Origin: Actinomycetota bacterium
Lineage (GTDB): Bacteria > Actinomycetota > UBA4738 > HRBIN12
Direction of reading: 5' to 3'
DNA length: 45,976 nt
Assembly (NCBI GenBank): GCA_046723385.1
Contig: JBKOUM010000138.1
Span: 1 to 45,976, forward strand
This document shows, piece after piece, positions 1 through 8,862 of the stretch (its first letter is position 1; the number at the start of each line of letters is the position of its first letter). The notes under the pieces are model-generated. The model made no database searches. It was not told the origin of the DNA and saw only the letters and a program-made list of their open reading frames with translations. Both the position numbers and the translations under genes were made by a program.

Positions 1-1103
1 TCCAGGACCACGGCGATCGCCGCGTTCTGCTCTTCGACCGTGGCGTTCGGTTCGAGCACCTGTAGGTGACCCCGACTGATCGTGATCGGCGTCCTCAACT
101 CGTGGGACGCGGACGACAGGAAGCGCGAGCGGGTCTCGTGCAGCAGGCGGAGCTGGTCTGTGGCGCTCTGCTCGTTGCGCAGGGCCGTTTCCAACCGCTC
201 ACGATCGCGCAGTCGTTCGGTCACGACCGCCGCGAAGAAGAACGAGGTGAACGCGACCGTTGCGTTGAACGCTTGCAGCGTCGCCATCCTGTCGAAGAGA
301 GACCCGTGACCGAACGGGCCGATCCCCCGAACGGCAGACCAGGACGCGATGATCGCGACGATCAACGCCGCCGGCGCTGCGCCGCGAAGTTGGAAGCGCC
401 ACGAGGCCCAGCCGAGGATCGGGATGACGAGGAAACGGAGCGCGAGGGGGCTCTGCATCACGTAGATCGTGAGGAAGCTCAACACCACGAACAACGCCAC
501 GAGCTCGCCGCGTCGTTGCCACGATCCGAGGGACCGATCCAGGGGGAGCCTGAGACTCAGGAGGAACGGGGCGAACACGAGGATGCCCATGGCATCCCCC
601 GTCCACCAGATCAACCAGGTCACCCAGAAATCGTTCGGCAAGATCTGGCCCGAGATCAGAAGCGACGACGCGCCGATCGACGCGCTGACGAGCATGCCCA
701 GCAGCGCAGCCAGGAAGACGATCGAGACCGCGTCGCGCTCACGATCGAGCTCGAGCCTGAATCCGACCCGGTCGAGGAGCGCGGCCGCGACGAGCGGTGC
801 GATGGTGTTCCCGGCGGCGATCGCGAGGGATGCCAGGGGATCGACGCCGATCGACACGTTCACGAAGAACGCCGCGAGCGCGACGCCTGGCCAGACGCGA
901 CGACCCAAGACGAGGAAGGCGACCAAGGCGATCCCCGTCGGCGGCCAGAACGGCGTGACTCCCTTCACCAAAGCGAAGAGCAAGCCGAGACGGGCGGCGA
1001 CGAAGTAGGCCGCAGCGACCAGGAAGACGGTCAGCGCCCATCGGATCCCCCGGTTCCGACCGGTTCCGAAGTCGGTTGTCTCGCTGCTCGCGAGGTTGTG
1101 CAC
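1..1103 (-). CDS. MASE1-domain sensor histidine kinase (partial; C-terminal catalytic part lies beyond the left window edge)
   Basis: The minus-strand frame is open to the window edge, so it is absent from the ORF track. GTG start at 1103-1101. The N-terminus WALTVFLVAAAYFVAARLGLLFALVKGVTPFWPPTGIALVAFLVLG is followed by multiple TM segments typical of MASE1. The H-box FLSSASHELRTPITISRGHL is encoded at about 60-125. Confidence 0.8.
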   Translation of the reverse strand, partial: MHNLASSETTDFGTGRNRGIRWALTVFLVAAAYFVAARLGLLFALVKGVTPFWPPTGIALVAFLVLGRRVWPGVALAAFFVNVSIGVDPLASLAIAAGNTIAPLVAAALLDRVGFRLELDRERDAVSIVFLAALLGMLVSASIGASSLLISGQILPNDFWVTWLIWWTGDAMGILVFAPFLLSLRLPLDRSLGSWQRRGELVALFVVLSFLTIYVMQSPLALRFLVIPILGWASWRFQLRGAAPAALIVAIIASWSAVRGIGPFGHGSLFDRMATLQAFNATVAFTSFFFAAVVTERLRDRERLETALRNEQSATDQLRLLHETRSRFLSSASHELRTPITISRGHLQVLEPNATVEEQNAAIAVVL

Positions 1104-1342
1104 GTCGGATTCCCCCCCTGTTCGAGAACTCTCGCTCCGATGCGCTCTTCGAGCAACACGGGCCAGGCGTAGATGCTCACGGACGATGCGAAATCGTTCT
1201 CGAGGGGGGTTCGACAGGGTGTTCGACGCGCAGGTAGATGAGCGGGTTCTCATCACCGTCTTAGAAGCCCCTCATCGCCGACCCATACGTTGAAGGACAA
1301 CGGTCGTCAGACGGATGGCCACCGAGGGAAGGGGAGCGGCCC

Positions 1343-1591
1343 ATGAGGAACCGCTTCGGTGTGATCGGTGCTTTCGCGCTCGTCGCTGTGCTGGCAGGAG
1401 CGGTGAGCCCGGCGTTCGGCTCATCGGATCGCGCGGCCGGTTCGGCATCGTCCGGAGACTCCGACGGGCAGACGAGGCCAGTTGGTCTCCCGGGATGCGT
1501 CGACGGCAACGCAGCCCAAGCTCATCTTCACGTTCCACCTGGTCGAGGACTAGCGGCTCCGCATCGGGGCCGAAGGGAGGACCTTTCATGA
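1343..1591 (+). CDS. small hypothetical secreted protein (82 aa)
   Basis: Signal-peptide-like N-terminus MRNRFGVIGAFALVAVLAGAVSPAFG. A GGGAAGGGGAG purine tract lies upstream. Its stop overlaps the next ATG (ATGA at 1588-1591). The C-terminal half has poor composition, so confidence is low. Confidence 0.35.
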   Translation: MRNRFGVIGAFALVAVLAGAVSPAFGSSDRAAGSASSGDSDGQTRPVGLPGCVDGNAAQAHLHVPPGRGLAAPHRGRREDLS

Positions 1592-2313
1592 GCATGAGAC
1601 CGTCCACCACTCCGGATACGACCGTCACGGTGCCCGAGGCGACCACGGTGAACCTCTGGGAGCGCCTGTGGCGCATGAACGGGGTCAGCGTCGTCCTCTT
1701 CTTCGTCGTCGCGTGGCTCGTCTACGGCTCGCAGCCCAAGCTCGGCGCCTCGGCCGACGCGCTCAACGCGTTCTATGACGGCGATCGCACCCGGATCCTG
1801 ATCGCTGCGGTGATCTTCGGACTCGCGGTCTTGAACCTGATGTGGTTCGCGGCGGCGATCAGGACGACGTTGACCGAAGGCGGCCGAGGCGGCTGGGGTG
1901 CCGCGGCGACGGCGTCGAGCGCGGCCGTCGGGGGCGTCTTCCTCCTGATGATGGCGATCAGCGCAGGTCTGACCTTCTCGATCAGGGCGATCGACGGCAC
2001 CCCCCTCGCATCGGGACTGAACGACCTCGTGTGGACGTGCTTCGTCTTGAGCTCGTTCCCGCGCGCGATGCTGGTCATGTCCGGGTCCTTCGGTCTGTGG
2101 CGGGCCGGGATCATCTCCAACTCGCTCTTCGCCGCGGGCGTCGCCTGCGTGATCCTCGGCGTGCTCGGAGGCACGACGTGGGCGAGCACCGGGTTCTGGG
2201 CGCCGGACGGCGCGTACTCCCTGTACATCTGGCCGATCATCGGGCTCGTGTGGATCCTGGTCGTCACGGCGATCCTCCTGAAGCAGCGTCCCAGCGTGCG
2301 CGAGGGGTGGTGA
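1588..2313 (+). CDS. integral membrane protein, function unknown
   Basis: ATG at 1588 is preceded by GGGAGGA. About 6 hydrophobic helices (VSVVLFFVVAWLVYG, ILIAAVIFGLAVLNLMWFAAAI, IWPIIGLVWILVVTAILL). The upstream part of track ORF 1315..2313 is not protein-like. Confidence 0.7.
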   Translation: MSMRPSTTPDTTVTVPEATTVNLWERLWRMNGVSVVLFFVVAWLVYGSQPKLGASADALNAFYDGDRTRILIAAVIFGLAVLNLMWFAAAIRTTLTEGGRGGWGAAATASSAAVGGVFLLMMAISAGLTFSIRAIDGTPLASGLNDLVWTCFVLSSFPRAMLVMSGSFGLWRAGIISNSLFAAGVACVILGVLGGTTWASTGFWAPDGAYSLYIWPIIGLVWILVVTAILLKQRPSVREGW

Positions 2314-2455
2314 GCTGCGGGGATCGATCGCACGCCCTCGGCTCATGCACGAGACGGGTTCGGCGCATCGCGCCGGGCCCGTCATCGGTTCAGCCGACGC
2401 GGGCACGACCTGAGCGACGCGTCCTGAGCCGGGACGATGATGCAGGATAGGGGCC

Positions 2456-2896
2456 ATGCCCCTCACCGGAGAGTACGAGCCGAGTCCAGACTCATGGGCG
2501 CGCAAGCAGGCCGAGCTCTACGAGGCGACGAACGGCGAGGAGGGCACCGAGCTCCGTGGGAGGCCCGTGATCGTGCTGACCTCGGTGGGTGCCAAGACGG
2601 GCAAGCTCCGCAAGACCCCGCTGATGCGGGTCGAACACGACGGCGACTACGCCGTCGTCGCCTCGCTCGGCGGCGCTCCGCAGCACCCGGTCTGGTACCA
2701 CAACCTCAAGAAGAACCCACACGTCGAGCTGCAAGACCGCGCCACCAAACGCGACTACGTCGCACGAGAGGTCACGGGCGACGAGAAGCGAGTCTGGTGG
2801 GATCGCGCGGTCGAGACGTGGCCCGACTACGCGAAGTACCAGAGGAAGACGGACCGGCAGATCCCGGTGTTCGTGCTCGAGGAGGTCGATCGGTGA
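2456..2896 (+). CDS. nitroreductase-family deazaflavin (F420)-dependent oxidoreductase
   Basis: 146 aa with the family signature [26 protein letters not shown]...[22 protein letters not shown]...[30 protein letters not shown]. Confidence 0.9.
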   Translation: MPLTGEYEPSPDSWARKQAELYEATNGEEGTELRGRPVIVLTSVGAKTGKLRKTPLMRVEHDGDYAVVASLGGAPQHPVWYHNLKKNPHVELQDRATKRDYVAREVTGDEKRVWWDRAVETWPDYAKYQRKTDRQIPVFVLEEVDR

Positions 2897-3621
2897 AGGT
2901 CGCACCCGGCATCCATCGACTCGGCGACCGGAGCATCGTCAACTCGTACCTGGTGGAGGAATCGGGCGAGGTGACGATCATCGACGCGGGCGTGCCCGGC
3001 TTCTACCGTGACATCCCCGGTGAGCTGGCGGCCATGGGTCGGACGGTCGCGGATGTTCGTGCGCTCGTCCTCACCCACGGGCACTCCGACCACATCGGCT
3101 TCGCCGAGCGGCTCCGCCGTGATGACCGGGTCCCGGTTTGGGTCCACGAGATGGACGCCGCCCTCGCGCGCGGTGAGGTACCGAACCCGTCGAAGGGGTT
3201 CGGCCCCAGCAAGCTCGGGCCCCTCTTCGGGTTCCTCTGGTTCACGGTCCTGCGCGGTGGGCTTCGCACGCCGAAGATCAAGGAGGTCGCCACCTTCGGA
3301 GACGGCGCGACCCTCGACGTGCCGGGGAGCCCGAGCGTCATCTTGACCCCGGGGCACACGCCCGGGAGCGCCGCGCTCCACGTTCCGTCCCTCGGTGCGC
3401 TCTTCGTCGGCGACGCGTTCGCGACCTACGCGGTGACGACGGGGGCTCGCGGTCCGCAGGTCGCGCCGTTCACCGCCGACGCAGCCGAGGCGGTGGCCTC
3501 GTTGCCCCGCCTCGACGCGGTCTCCGCCGACCTCGTGCTCCCCGGACACGGCGATCCGTGGACCGGCGGCATCGCGGAGGCGATCCGACTGGTCCGCGAG
3601 GGAGCGGCGCCGCGCCGCTGA
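2893..3621 (+). CDS. MBL-fold metallo-hydrolase
   Basis: GTG start at 2893 overlaps the upstream stop (GTGA). HxHxDH motif [10 protein letters not shown] and downstream GHTPGS and LPGHG metal ligands. Confidence 0.9.
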   Translation: MKVAPGIHRLGDRSIVNSYLVEESGEVTIIDAGVPGFYRDIPGELAAMGRTVADVRALVLTHGHSDHIGFAERLRRDDRVPVWVHEMDAALARGEVPNPSKGFGPSKLGPLFGFLWFTVLRGGLRTPKIKEVATFGDGATLDVPGSPSVILTPGHTPGSAALHVPSLGALFVGDAFATYAVTTGARGPQVAPFTADAAEAVASLPRLDAVSADLVLPGHGDPWTGGIAEAIRLVREGAAPRR

Positions 3622-3629
3622 TCGGTTCG

Positions 3630-4025
3630 TCAGCGGGAAAGGCGGGACGCGTGACGCGCCGCGAGGCCGCGAGGCGCACACGCCAGCCAGCCGTCGGCGA
3701 TCGCGTCTTCGAGCGCTCGCGCGCCGACCCTCCGCAGCTCGATCAGGATCGCGGCGTATCCCTCGAAGTGCGGGATCGTGAAGATCCCCCTGGTGCCGGC
3801 GGCGAGGACCGCTTCCTTCTCGACGAGATCCTCCACCCGGACTGCGAGGATCGGGTCACGGGGTGGCGCGTTACCGCCGAAACGCTTGATGTCGGCCTTC
3901 GAGAACCGTCGCTCCCACGCGAACGTCTTCGTCGCTACCGACCACGTGCGAGCCCCCCGCCGGTCGTCCTCGGCGACCTCGGGCAACCCGAGGGCGATCC
4001 GCGCCACGTCTTCGAGGGTCGCCAT
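3630..4025 (-). CDS. MmcQ/YjbR-family DNA-binding protein
   Basis: Begins at the internal Met MATLEDVARIALGLPEV. Family-like pattern WSVATKTFAWERRFSK...ILAVRVEDLVEKEAVL...IPHFEGYAAILIEL. Confidence 0.75.
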   Translation of the reverse strand: MATLEDVARIALGLPEVAEDDRRGARTWSVATKTFAWERRFSKADIKRFGGNAPPRDPILAVRVEDLVEKEAVLAAGTRGIFTIPHFEGYAAILIELRRVGARALEDAIADGWLACAPRGLAARHASRLSR

Positions 4026-4105
4026 GGACGCGACCCTATCCCAGGTCGACCGGCCCCCCATGGCGAGCTGGTAGACATCACGGAACGAGCAGAGGAGGAC
4101 GGACG

Positions 4106-4693
4106 ATGGCTGACGTGATCCTGTTCCACCACGCGCTCGGCATCACCGAGGGCCAACAGGCGTTCGCCGACCGCTTGCGTGACGGTGCCCATCAGGTGAC
4201 GGTGGCCGATCTGTTCGGGGGCGCGACGTTCGACACCCTCGAGGAAGGTGTCGCCTTCGAGGAGCAGCTGGGGTGGGACGAGATGATCGCCCGGAGCGAG
4301 GCGGCGATCGGGCCCCTGCCGGCGAAGGTCGTGATCGGCGGGTTCTCGCTCGGCGCCGTGTACGCGCAGCGGCTCGCGCAGACGCGGCCGGGGGCGCTCG
4401 GCGCCCTCCTCTACCACGGCGGCGACAACCCGCCGGACGCGTTCGGGGTGCCGTGGCCTGAGGACGTCGGGCTGCAGGTCCACGTCAGCGAGGGCGACAA
4501 GTGGTTCAACCGTGAGGCCGGCGAGCAACTCGTGTCTGAAGTCCCCGGCGCCGAGCTGTTCCTCTATCCGGGCTCGGCTCACGTGTTCACCGATCGCTCG
4601 TGGCAGGAATACGACGAAGCGTCGACGGCGCAGGTGTTGGAGCGCACCCTCGCCTTCCTCGACCGCGTGGGCGAGACACAGCGAGATGGATGA
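4106..4693 (+). CDS. dienelactone-hydrolase-family alpha/beta hydrolase
   Basis: GAGGAGGA SD upstream of the ATG. Nucleophile elbow GGFSLGA and C-terminal YPGSAHVF His motif. 195 aa. Confidence 0.8.
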   Translation: MADVILFHHALGITEGQQAFADRLRDGAHQVTVADLFGGATFDTLEEGVAFEEQLGWDEMIARSEAAIGPLPAKVVIGGFSLGAVYAQRLAQTRPGALGALLYHGGDNPPDAFGVPWPEDVGLQVHVSEGDKWFNREAGEQLVSEVPGAELFLYPGSAHVFTDRSWQEYDEASTAQVLERTLAFLDRVGETQRDG

Positions 4694-4728
4694 GCAGCGC
4701 TCCGATCGCCCGCGATCCGGTTCCGGTC

Positions 4729-5379
4729 CTACCTGACCACGCGGTACGTGATGTGGGTGACGCCGGGCGCCTCGATCGCGCGCACCTGCTCGACCTCGAG
4801 GTCGCCGACGTTCTCGAGCAGCCGCTCGCCGTCGCCGAGGAGGAGCGGCGCGATGTGGAGCTCGAACCGGTCGATCAAGCCGGCCGCGAGGTACTGCTGG
4901 ATCGCGCTCGCCCCGCCCCCCAGCACCACGTCGCGGTCCCCCGCCGTCGCACGAGCCTGGTCGAAGGCCGAGCGGATCCCGTCGGTGACGAAGAAGAAGG
5001 TCGTCCCTCCCTCCATCTCCAGCGGATCGCGCGCGTGGTGCGTGAGGACGTACACCGGGACGTGGTACGGAGGGTCGTCGCCCCACCATCCTCTCCACGG
5101 AGGATCGTCGGCCCATGGGCCGGGGCCGCCACCGAACATGTTCCGCCCCATCACGTACGCGCCGACGTTGGTTTGCCCCTCCTCGATCACGGCCGTGCTC
5201 GCGTTCACGTCGCCGCCTTCTTCGCCCTCCATCTTCCGCCACACCTCGAGGTCGAAGAGCCACTGATGCAAGGCCTCGCCGCCGACGCCGAGCGGGTTCT
5301 CGATGCTCTGCTGAGGGCCCGCGAGGTAGCCGTCCAGCGAGACCGCGACGTGGAACCTGAACGCACCCACCTCGTCCAT
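4729..5379 (-). CDS. dihydrofolate-reductase-family protein (RibD C-terminal domain type)
   Basis: FHVAVSLDGYLAGP...YVMGRNMF...VVLGGGASAIQQYLAAGLIDRFELHIAPLLLGDGERLLE matches the RibD_C/DHFR-like pattern. Confidence 0.85.
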   Translation of the reverse strand: MDEVGAFRFHVAVSLDGYLAGPQQSIENPLGVGGEALHQWLFDLEVWRKMEGEEGGDVNASTAVIEEGQTNVGAYVMGRNMFGGGPGPWADDPPWRGWWGDDPPYHVPVYVLTHHARDPLEMEGGTTFFFVTDGIRSAFDQARATAGDRDVVLGGGASAIQQYLAAGLIDRFELHIAPLLLGDGERLLENVGDLEVEQVRAIEAPGVTHITYRVVR

Positions 5380-5507
5380 CTTTACCTGGTCTTCGCCGGC
5401 CCGACCAGTTCACTTCCGAGCGATGAAGCTTTCACGTGGGGCGAATGCCCGATACGCCTCGTTGTGCCGGATGGCATACCGTCGAGAGACAACCAGGGGA
5501 GGGGAAG

Positions 5508-6017
5508 ATGCGGAGAGGAACCGTCCTGCTCATGGCGGGCATGGCCGTATCGCTGTTGCTCTCGGCTCCGGCGAACGCGGCAACGACGTCGGCGTTCGAT
5601 GCTTCGTTCAAGGAAACGTTCGGGAGGGCGCACTCGAAGCCCTGCGAGCATTTCCTCTGCGGAACGGGCACGGTGGCGGGCTACGGCGCGGCGACGAGCG
5701 TGTTCGACATCACCGACTTCGCGCCGATCGAGGACACGAACTGCGCCGATCTGAGCGCCGTTCGGACGATCACGCTCGTCTCGGACGGCAGCACGCTGGA
5801 GCTCGACGAGGTGGGAACCGTGTGCTTCCCGGGGAGCTCGTCGTTGGCGCCGGGCGCGCAGAAGTCCTTCGGGAACCCGGGCACGATCCGGACGACGTTC
5901 ACCGTCAGCGGGGGAACCGGCGTCTTCGAGGGCGCCACCGGCTCGGGGACCGATACCGACATGCCGGCGGGCGACGCGGGGCATGCGTCGCTGAGCGGAA
6001 CGTTGACGCTCCCCTAG
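5508..6017 (+). CDS. secreted hypothetical protein
   Basis: ATG at 5508 follows GGGGAGGGGAAG. Signal peptide MRRGTVLLMAGMAVSLLLSAPANA. Contains a GGTGVFEGATG motif seen in small secreted beta-barrel proteins. Confidence 0.65.
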   Translation: MRRGTVLLMAGMAVSLLLSAPANAATTSAFDASFKETFGRAHSKPCEHFLCGTGTVAGYGAATSVFDITDFAPIEDTNCADLSAVRTITLVSDGSTLELDEVGTVCFPGSSSLAPGAQKSFGNPGTIRTTFTVSGGTGVFEGATGSGTDTDMPAGDAGHASLSGTLTLP

Positions 6018-6040
6018 GGAGCGGGGGGAGGGAGCGAGAC

Positions 6041-6679
6041 ATGCGGCGGATCTTCGTACTCACCGTGGCGCTCACGATCGGCGTGGTCGCCGGTGCTGCT
6101 CCGGCGAGCGCGGGGCCGGTGTTGCCCTACAACTCGCGGCCGATGGGCGTCTCCTACCCGGGCTGGACCGAGATGGTCGGCCAATGGTTCCTCGGCGACG
6201 CGTCGAACCCGCTCTTCGCGGCCCTGGACGGTGACTGTGGCGAGGTCATGGACGGCGTCTTCTTCATGGCGGCTCCGATCGACGTCGGCGTCGAGCTCGA
6301 CTGCGACGTGCCCGTGGGTACGGCGATCGTGCTGTCGCACGCGGGCTGGTTCTCCACCGAGGGGATCGACGGCGAGACCGACGCGGAGCTGGAGGCTGCC
6401 GCGATCGCCGGCTTCGTGACGTCGACGAACTCGCTGACCCTCGATGGGAGCGCCCTGCCGCTCCAGCCGATCGACACCGGGGCGTACGACGTCATCTCGG
6501 AGCCGGGGAGCTTCTACGACACCGTCGTCGGCGTCGGCACCGGCCCGATCCGTACGGCTCTGCGGGCCAACGTCGTGTTCCTGCACCCGCTCCCGCCCGG
6601 CGATCACGTGATCGAAGGAGCGGTGAGCTTCGTGGGAGACGGGGAGTTCAGCGTGACGTATCACGTGCACGTGGGCTGA
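6041..6679 (+). CDS. secreted hypothetical protein
   Basis: ATG at 6041 follows GGGGGAGGGAG. Signal peptide MRRIFVLTVALTIGVVAGAAPASA. Good coding composition and no recognisable domain. Confidence 0.65.
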   Translation: MRRIFVLTVALTIGVVAGAAPASAGPVLPYNSRPMGVSYPGWTEMVGQWFLGDASNPLFAALDGDCGEVMDGVFFMAAPIDVGVELDCDVPVGTAIVLSHAGWFSTEGIDGETDAELEAAAIAGFVTSTNSLTLDGSALPLQPIDTGAYDVISEPGSFYDTVVGVGTGPIRTALRANVVFLHPLPPGDHVIEGAVSFVGDGEFSVTYHVHVG

Positions 6680-6694
6680 GACGAGCCCGAAGCC

Positions 6695-8638
6695 TTACCG
6701 CCATGCGATCGGGACCACCCGGACGGGGTGGAGGAGCCCCTTGAGGGCGACCTCGCGTTCCTCGCCGATGGCGACGGGCGTCGTGGACGCCGCCACCGTT
6801 GACGCCGTCGCGAGGATCTCGCCTCCCTCGGCGAGCGCGCCCACCCTCGCGGCCTCGTGCACACCGAGGCCCGAGTAGTCGTCCGCAGCCGCGGTGGCCT
6901 CGGCCGCGTGCACGCCGATCCTCACCTGGGGCGCGAACCCGTGACGGCGTCGGTGCTCGGCGAGGCGGCGCTGGATCGCGATCGCACAATCCAACGCGGC
7001 GCCCGGATCCGCGAACGACGCGAAGAACCCGTCCCCGGTCGGGCGCACGACCTCCCCGCGGTGCGAGGCGATCACGGTGCGGAGCGTCTCGTCGTGCCAG
7101 CCCAGGACGTCCTTCCACGCTTCATCGCCGATCGTCCCGATCAGGTCGGTCGAGCCCACGATGTCGGTGAACATGAACGTGCGGACCGCCCGCCGGCCCG
7201 CGGCGTCCTCGTCCCCGGCGCGGATCAGCTCCTCGCATCGATCCCTTTCGCGGAGGGCGCCCAACCGGGCGAAGGACTCCTTCGCCACCTGCAGCTCGAG
7301 CCCCGCGGACGCCTCGTCCCCCGACAGGCGGTGGGCGAGGGCGAGCGACCGTCGTGTCTGGGCCGCCTCGAACGGCGCGTCCGACTCGGTCCAGACGCGC
7401 AGGGCCTTGCGCAGCTCGACGATCGCGGCGGACGGGTCGTCCTCGTGCGTGAGGGTGGCGCCGTTGGTCTGGTGCGAGATCGCGTCCAGCATCGGTGAGT
7501 CCAAGGCCGACGCGATCCCCGCCAGCTCGTCGGCCGCTGCGCGCGCGTCGGTCACGTCGTGCGAGGCGAGCGCGATCTCGCTCTTGGCGGCGAGCAACCG
7601 GACGCGATCGAGCGGGTCGACGGCGTCGGCCAGCGCGGTCTCGATCGACGCCCGGGCCGCCTCGGTGCGTCCCCGCGCCAGCTGCACGAGCGCGAGGCCG
7701 GGGTGAGGTTCGTGACCGAGCTGGTGGGCGGTCCGGAAGGCTTCCTCGGCGCCGTCCAGGTCGCCGAGCCTTAGCCGGATCTCACCGACCTCGTTCGACC
7801 CGGCCCCCGCCTGCGGGAGCCTCCCGAACGCGGTCAGCTCGGTCTGCGCTCGACGGGCCTCGTCCTCAGCCTCGGAGAACTCGCCTCGGAGACGCATGAT
7901 CTCCGCGCGCTGGATCCGGCAGACTCCGGGGAACCCGGTGATCGACTGACGCTCGCACCATCCCGCCGCCGCGGTCGTCCACTCGGCGGCGCGCCGATAG
8001 TCGGCGACCGACCGGCATACGCCGATCGTGATGCAGTAGATCGAGCCGGCCGCGTACGGGGTGAGTTCACCGCCGACGGCCGCGAGGGTGCCCTCGTCCA
8101 CCAGGCCGAGACCACGTTCGACATCGCCGGAGACGACGAGCGCGCCGCCCTGCAGCACGAGCCCGAACGCGACCAGGTCCCGGTCGCCGAACCGCGTGCC
8201 GATCTCCTGGGCGCGGGTCGCGTGTTCGATCGCCTCCTCGACCGCGCCCCGGTCGAAGCTCGACCGGACGAGCGACATCTCGAGGTACCCCTGCTCGACG
8301 CAGTCGGACTGATCGGACAGGGGCCGCACGCCCCGCTGGAGCCATCCGTTCCAGAGGGCGGACTCCATGCGGTCCGCGTGTTCGTGGGCGAGGCGGAGGG
8401 CGACAGCCGCGGCGCGCCGTGCGTCGCCTTCCGAGGAATACGCCACGAAGGCATGCTCGAACGCCTCGATGCTTTCGTCGGGGTGGGCGGTCCACCAGGC
8501 CGCCTCACCGAGACGTGCCCAGTCCTCCCCGCTCAGCTCTTGGTGGTCGCGCAGCGAGACGAACGCTTCGTACGCTGCCTGCCATGCATGGTCATCGAGT
8601 GCCTTGCGAGCGCCATCGCGGATCTGGGTGTCGGACAC
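6695..8638 (-). CDS. TPR-like repeat protein with C-terminal class III adenylate/guanylate cyclase domain
   Basis: GTG start with GAGGTGG SD. Long helical-repeat N-terminal region. C-terminal cyclase homology domain RTFMFTDIVGSTDL...RPTGDGFFASF...RIGVHAAEA...GLGVHEAARV. Confidence 0.85.
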   Translation of the reverse strand: MSDTQIRDGARKALDDHAWQAAYEAFVSLRDHQELSGEDWARLGEAAWWTAHPDESIEAFEHAFVAYSSEGDARRAAAVALRLAHEHADRMESALWNGWLQRGVRPLSDQSDCVEQGYLEMSLVRSSFDRGAVEEAIEHATRAQEIGTRFGDRDLVAFGLVLQGGALVVSGDVERGLGLVDEGTLAAVGGELTPYAAGSIYCITIGVCRSVADYRRAAEWTTAAAGWCERQSITGFPGVCRIQRAEIMRLRGEFSEAEDEARRAQTELTAFGRLPQAGAGSNEVGEIRLRLGDLDGAEEAFRTAHQLGHEPHPGLALVQLARGRTEAARASIETALADAVDPLDRVRLLAAKSEIALASHDVTDARAAADELAGIASALDSPMLDAISHQTNGATLTHEDDPSAAIVELRKALRVWTESDAPFEAAQTRRSLALAHRLSGDEASAGLELQVAKESFARLGALRERDRCEELIRAGDEDAAGRRAVRTFMFTDIVGSTDLIGTIGDEAWKDVLGWHDETLRTVIASHRGEVVRPTGDGFFASFADPGAALDCAIAIQRRLAEHRRRHGFAPQVRIGVHAAEATAAADDYSGLGVHEAARVGALAEGGEILATASTVAASTTPVAIGEEREVALKGLLHPVRVVPIAWR

Positions 8639-8862
8639 GGGCCACCTCGCGCTGCATCATGGCATGTCCGGTCGATCGAGCCTGCCCTTGCTCGGCGGAA
8701 GGGTCTGCACGGACGCTGGACCATCCGGCGTAACCCGCCGCGAGGTCCGCCCGGCGAAGGTCGTCATCCCCGGTTCCCCGAGAAAGCGACCACTGGCCGA
8801 TTCAGGAACTACAGCGGTGTCGCACACTCGGACTCCCCCGGCGACTGGAGAGGAGCGGGGCG

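Noticed and set aside
66-1172. A 368-aa plus-strand ORF and other long ORFs in the track (e.g. 3935..5413, 10280..11428, 12282..14612, 31566..34436, 34907..38458)
   Set aside because: They have Arg/Pro/Gly/Asp-dominated, low-complexity translations typical of stop-poor shadow frames in ~70% GC DNA. Each lies antisense to, or out of frame with, a gene that has clear family motifs.
1108-1215. An 8-bp inverted repeat (TCGAGAAC ... GTTCTCGA) flanked by C/G runs upstream of the MASE1 kinase gene
   Set aside because: The arms are ~75 nt apart and short. This could easily arise by chance in GC-rich intergenic DNA.
4701-4716. The palindrome GATCGC-CC-GCGATC between convergent genes as a terminator
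   Set aside because: The 2-nt centre is incompatible with a stable hairpin loop and no U-tract is present.
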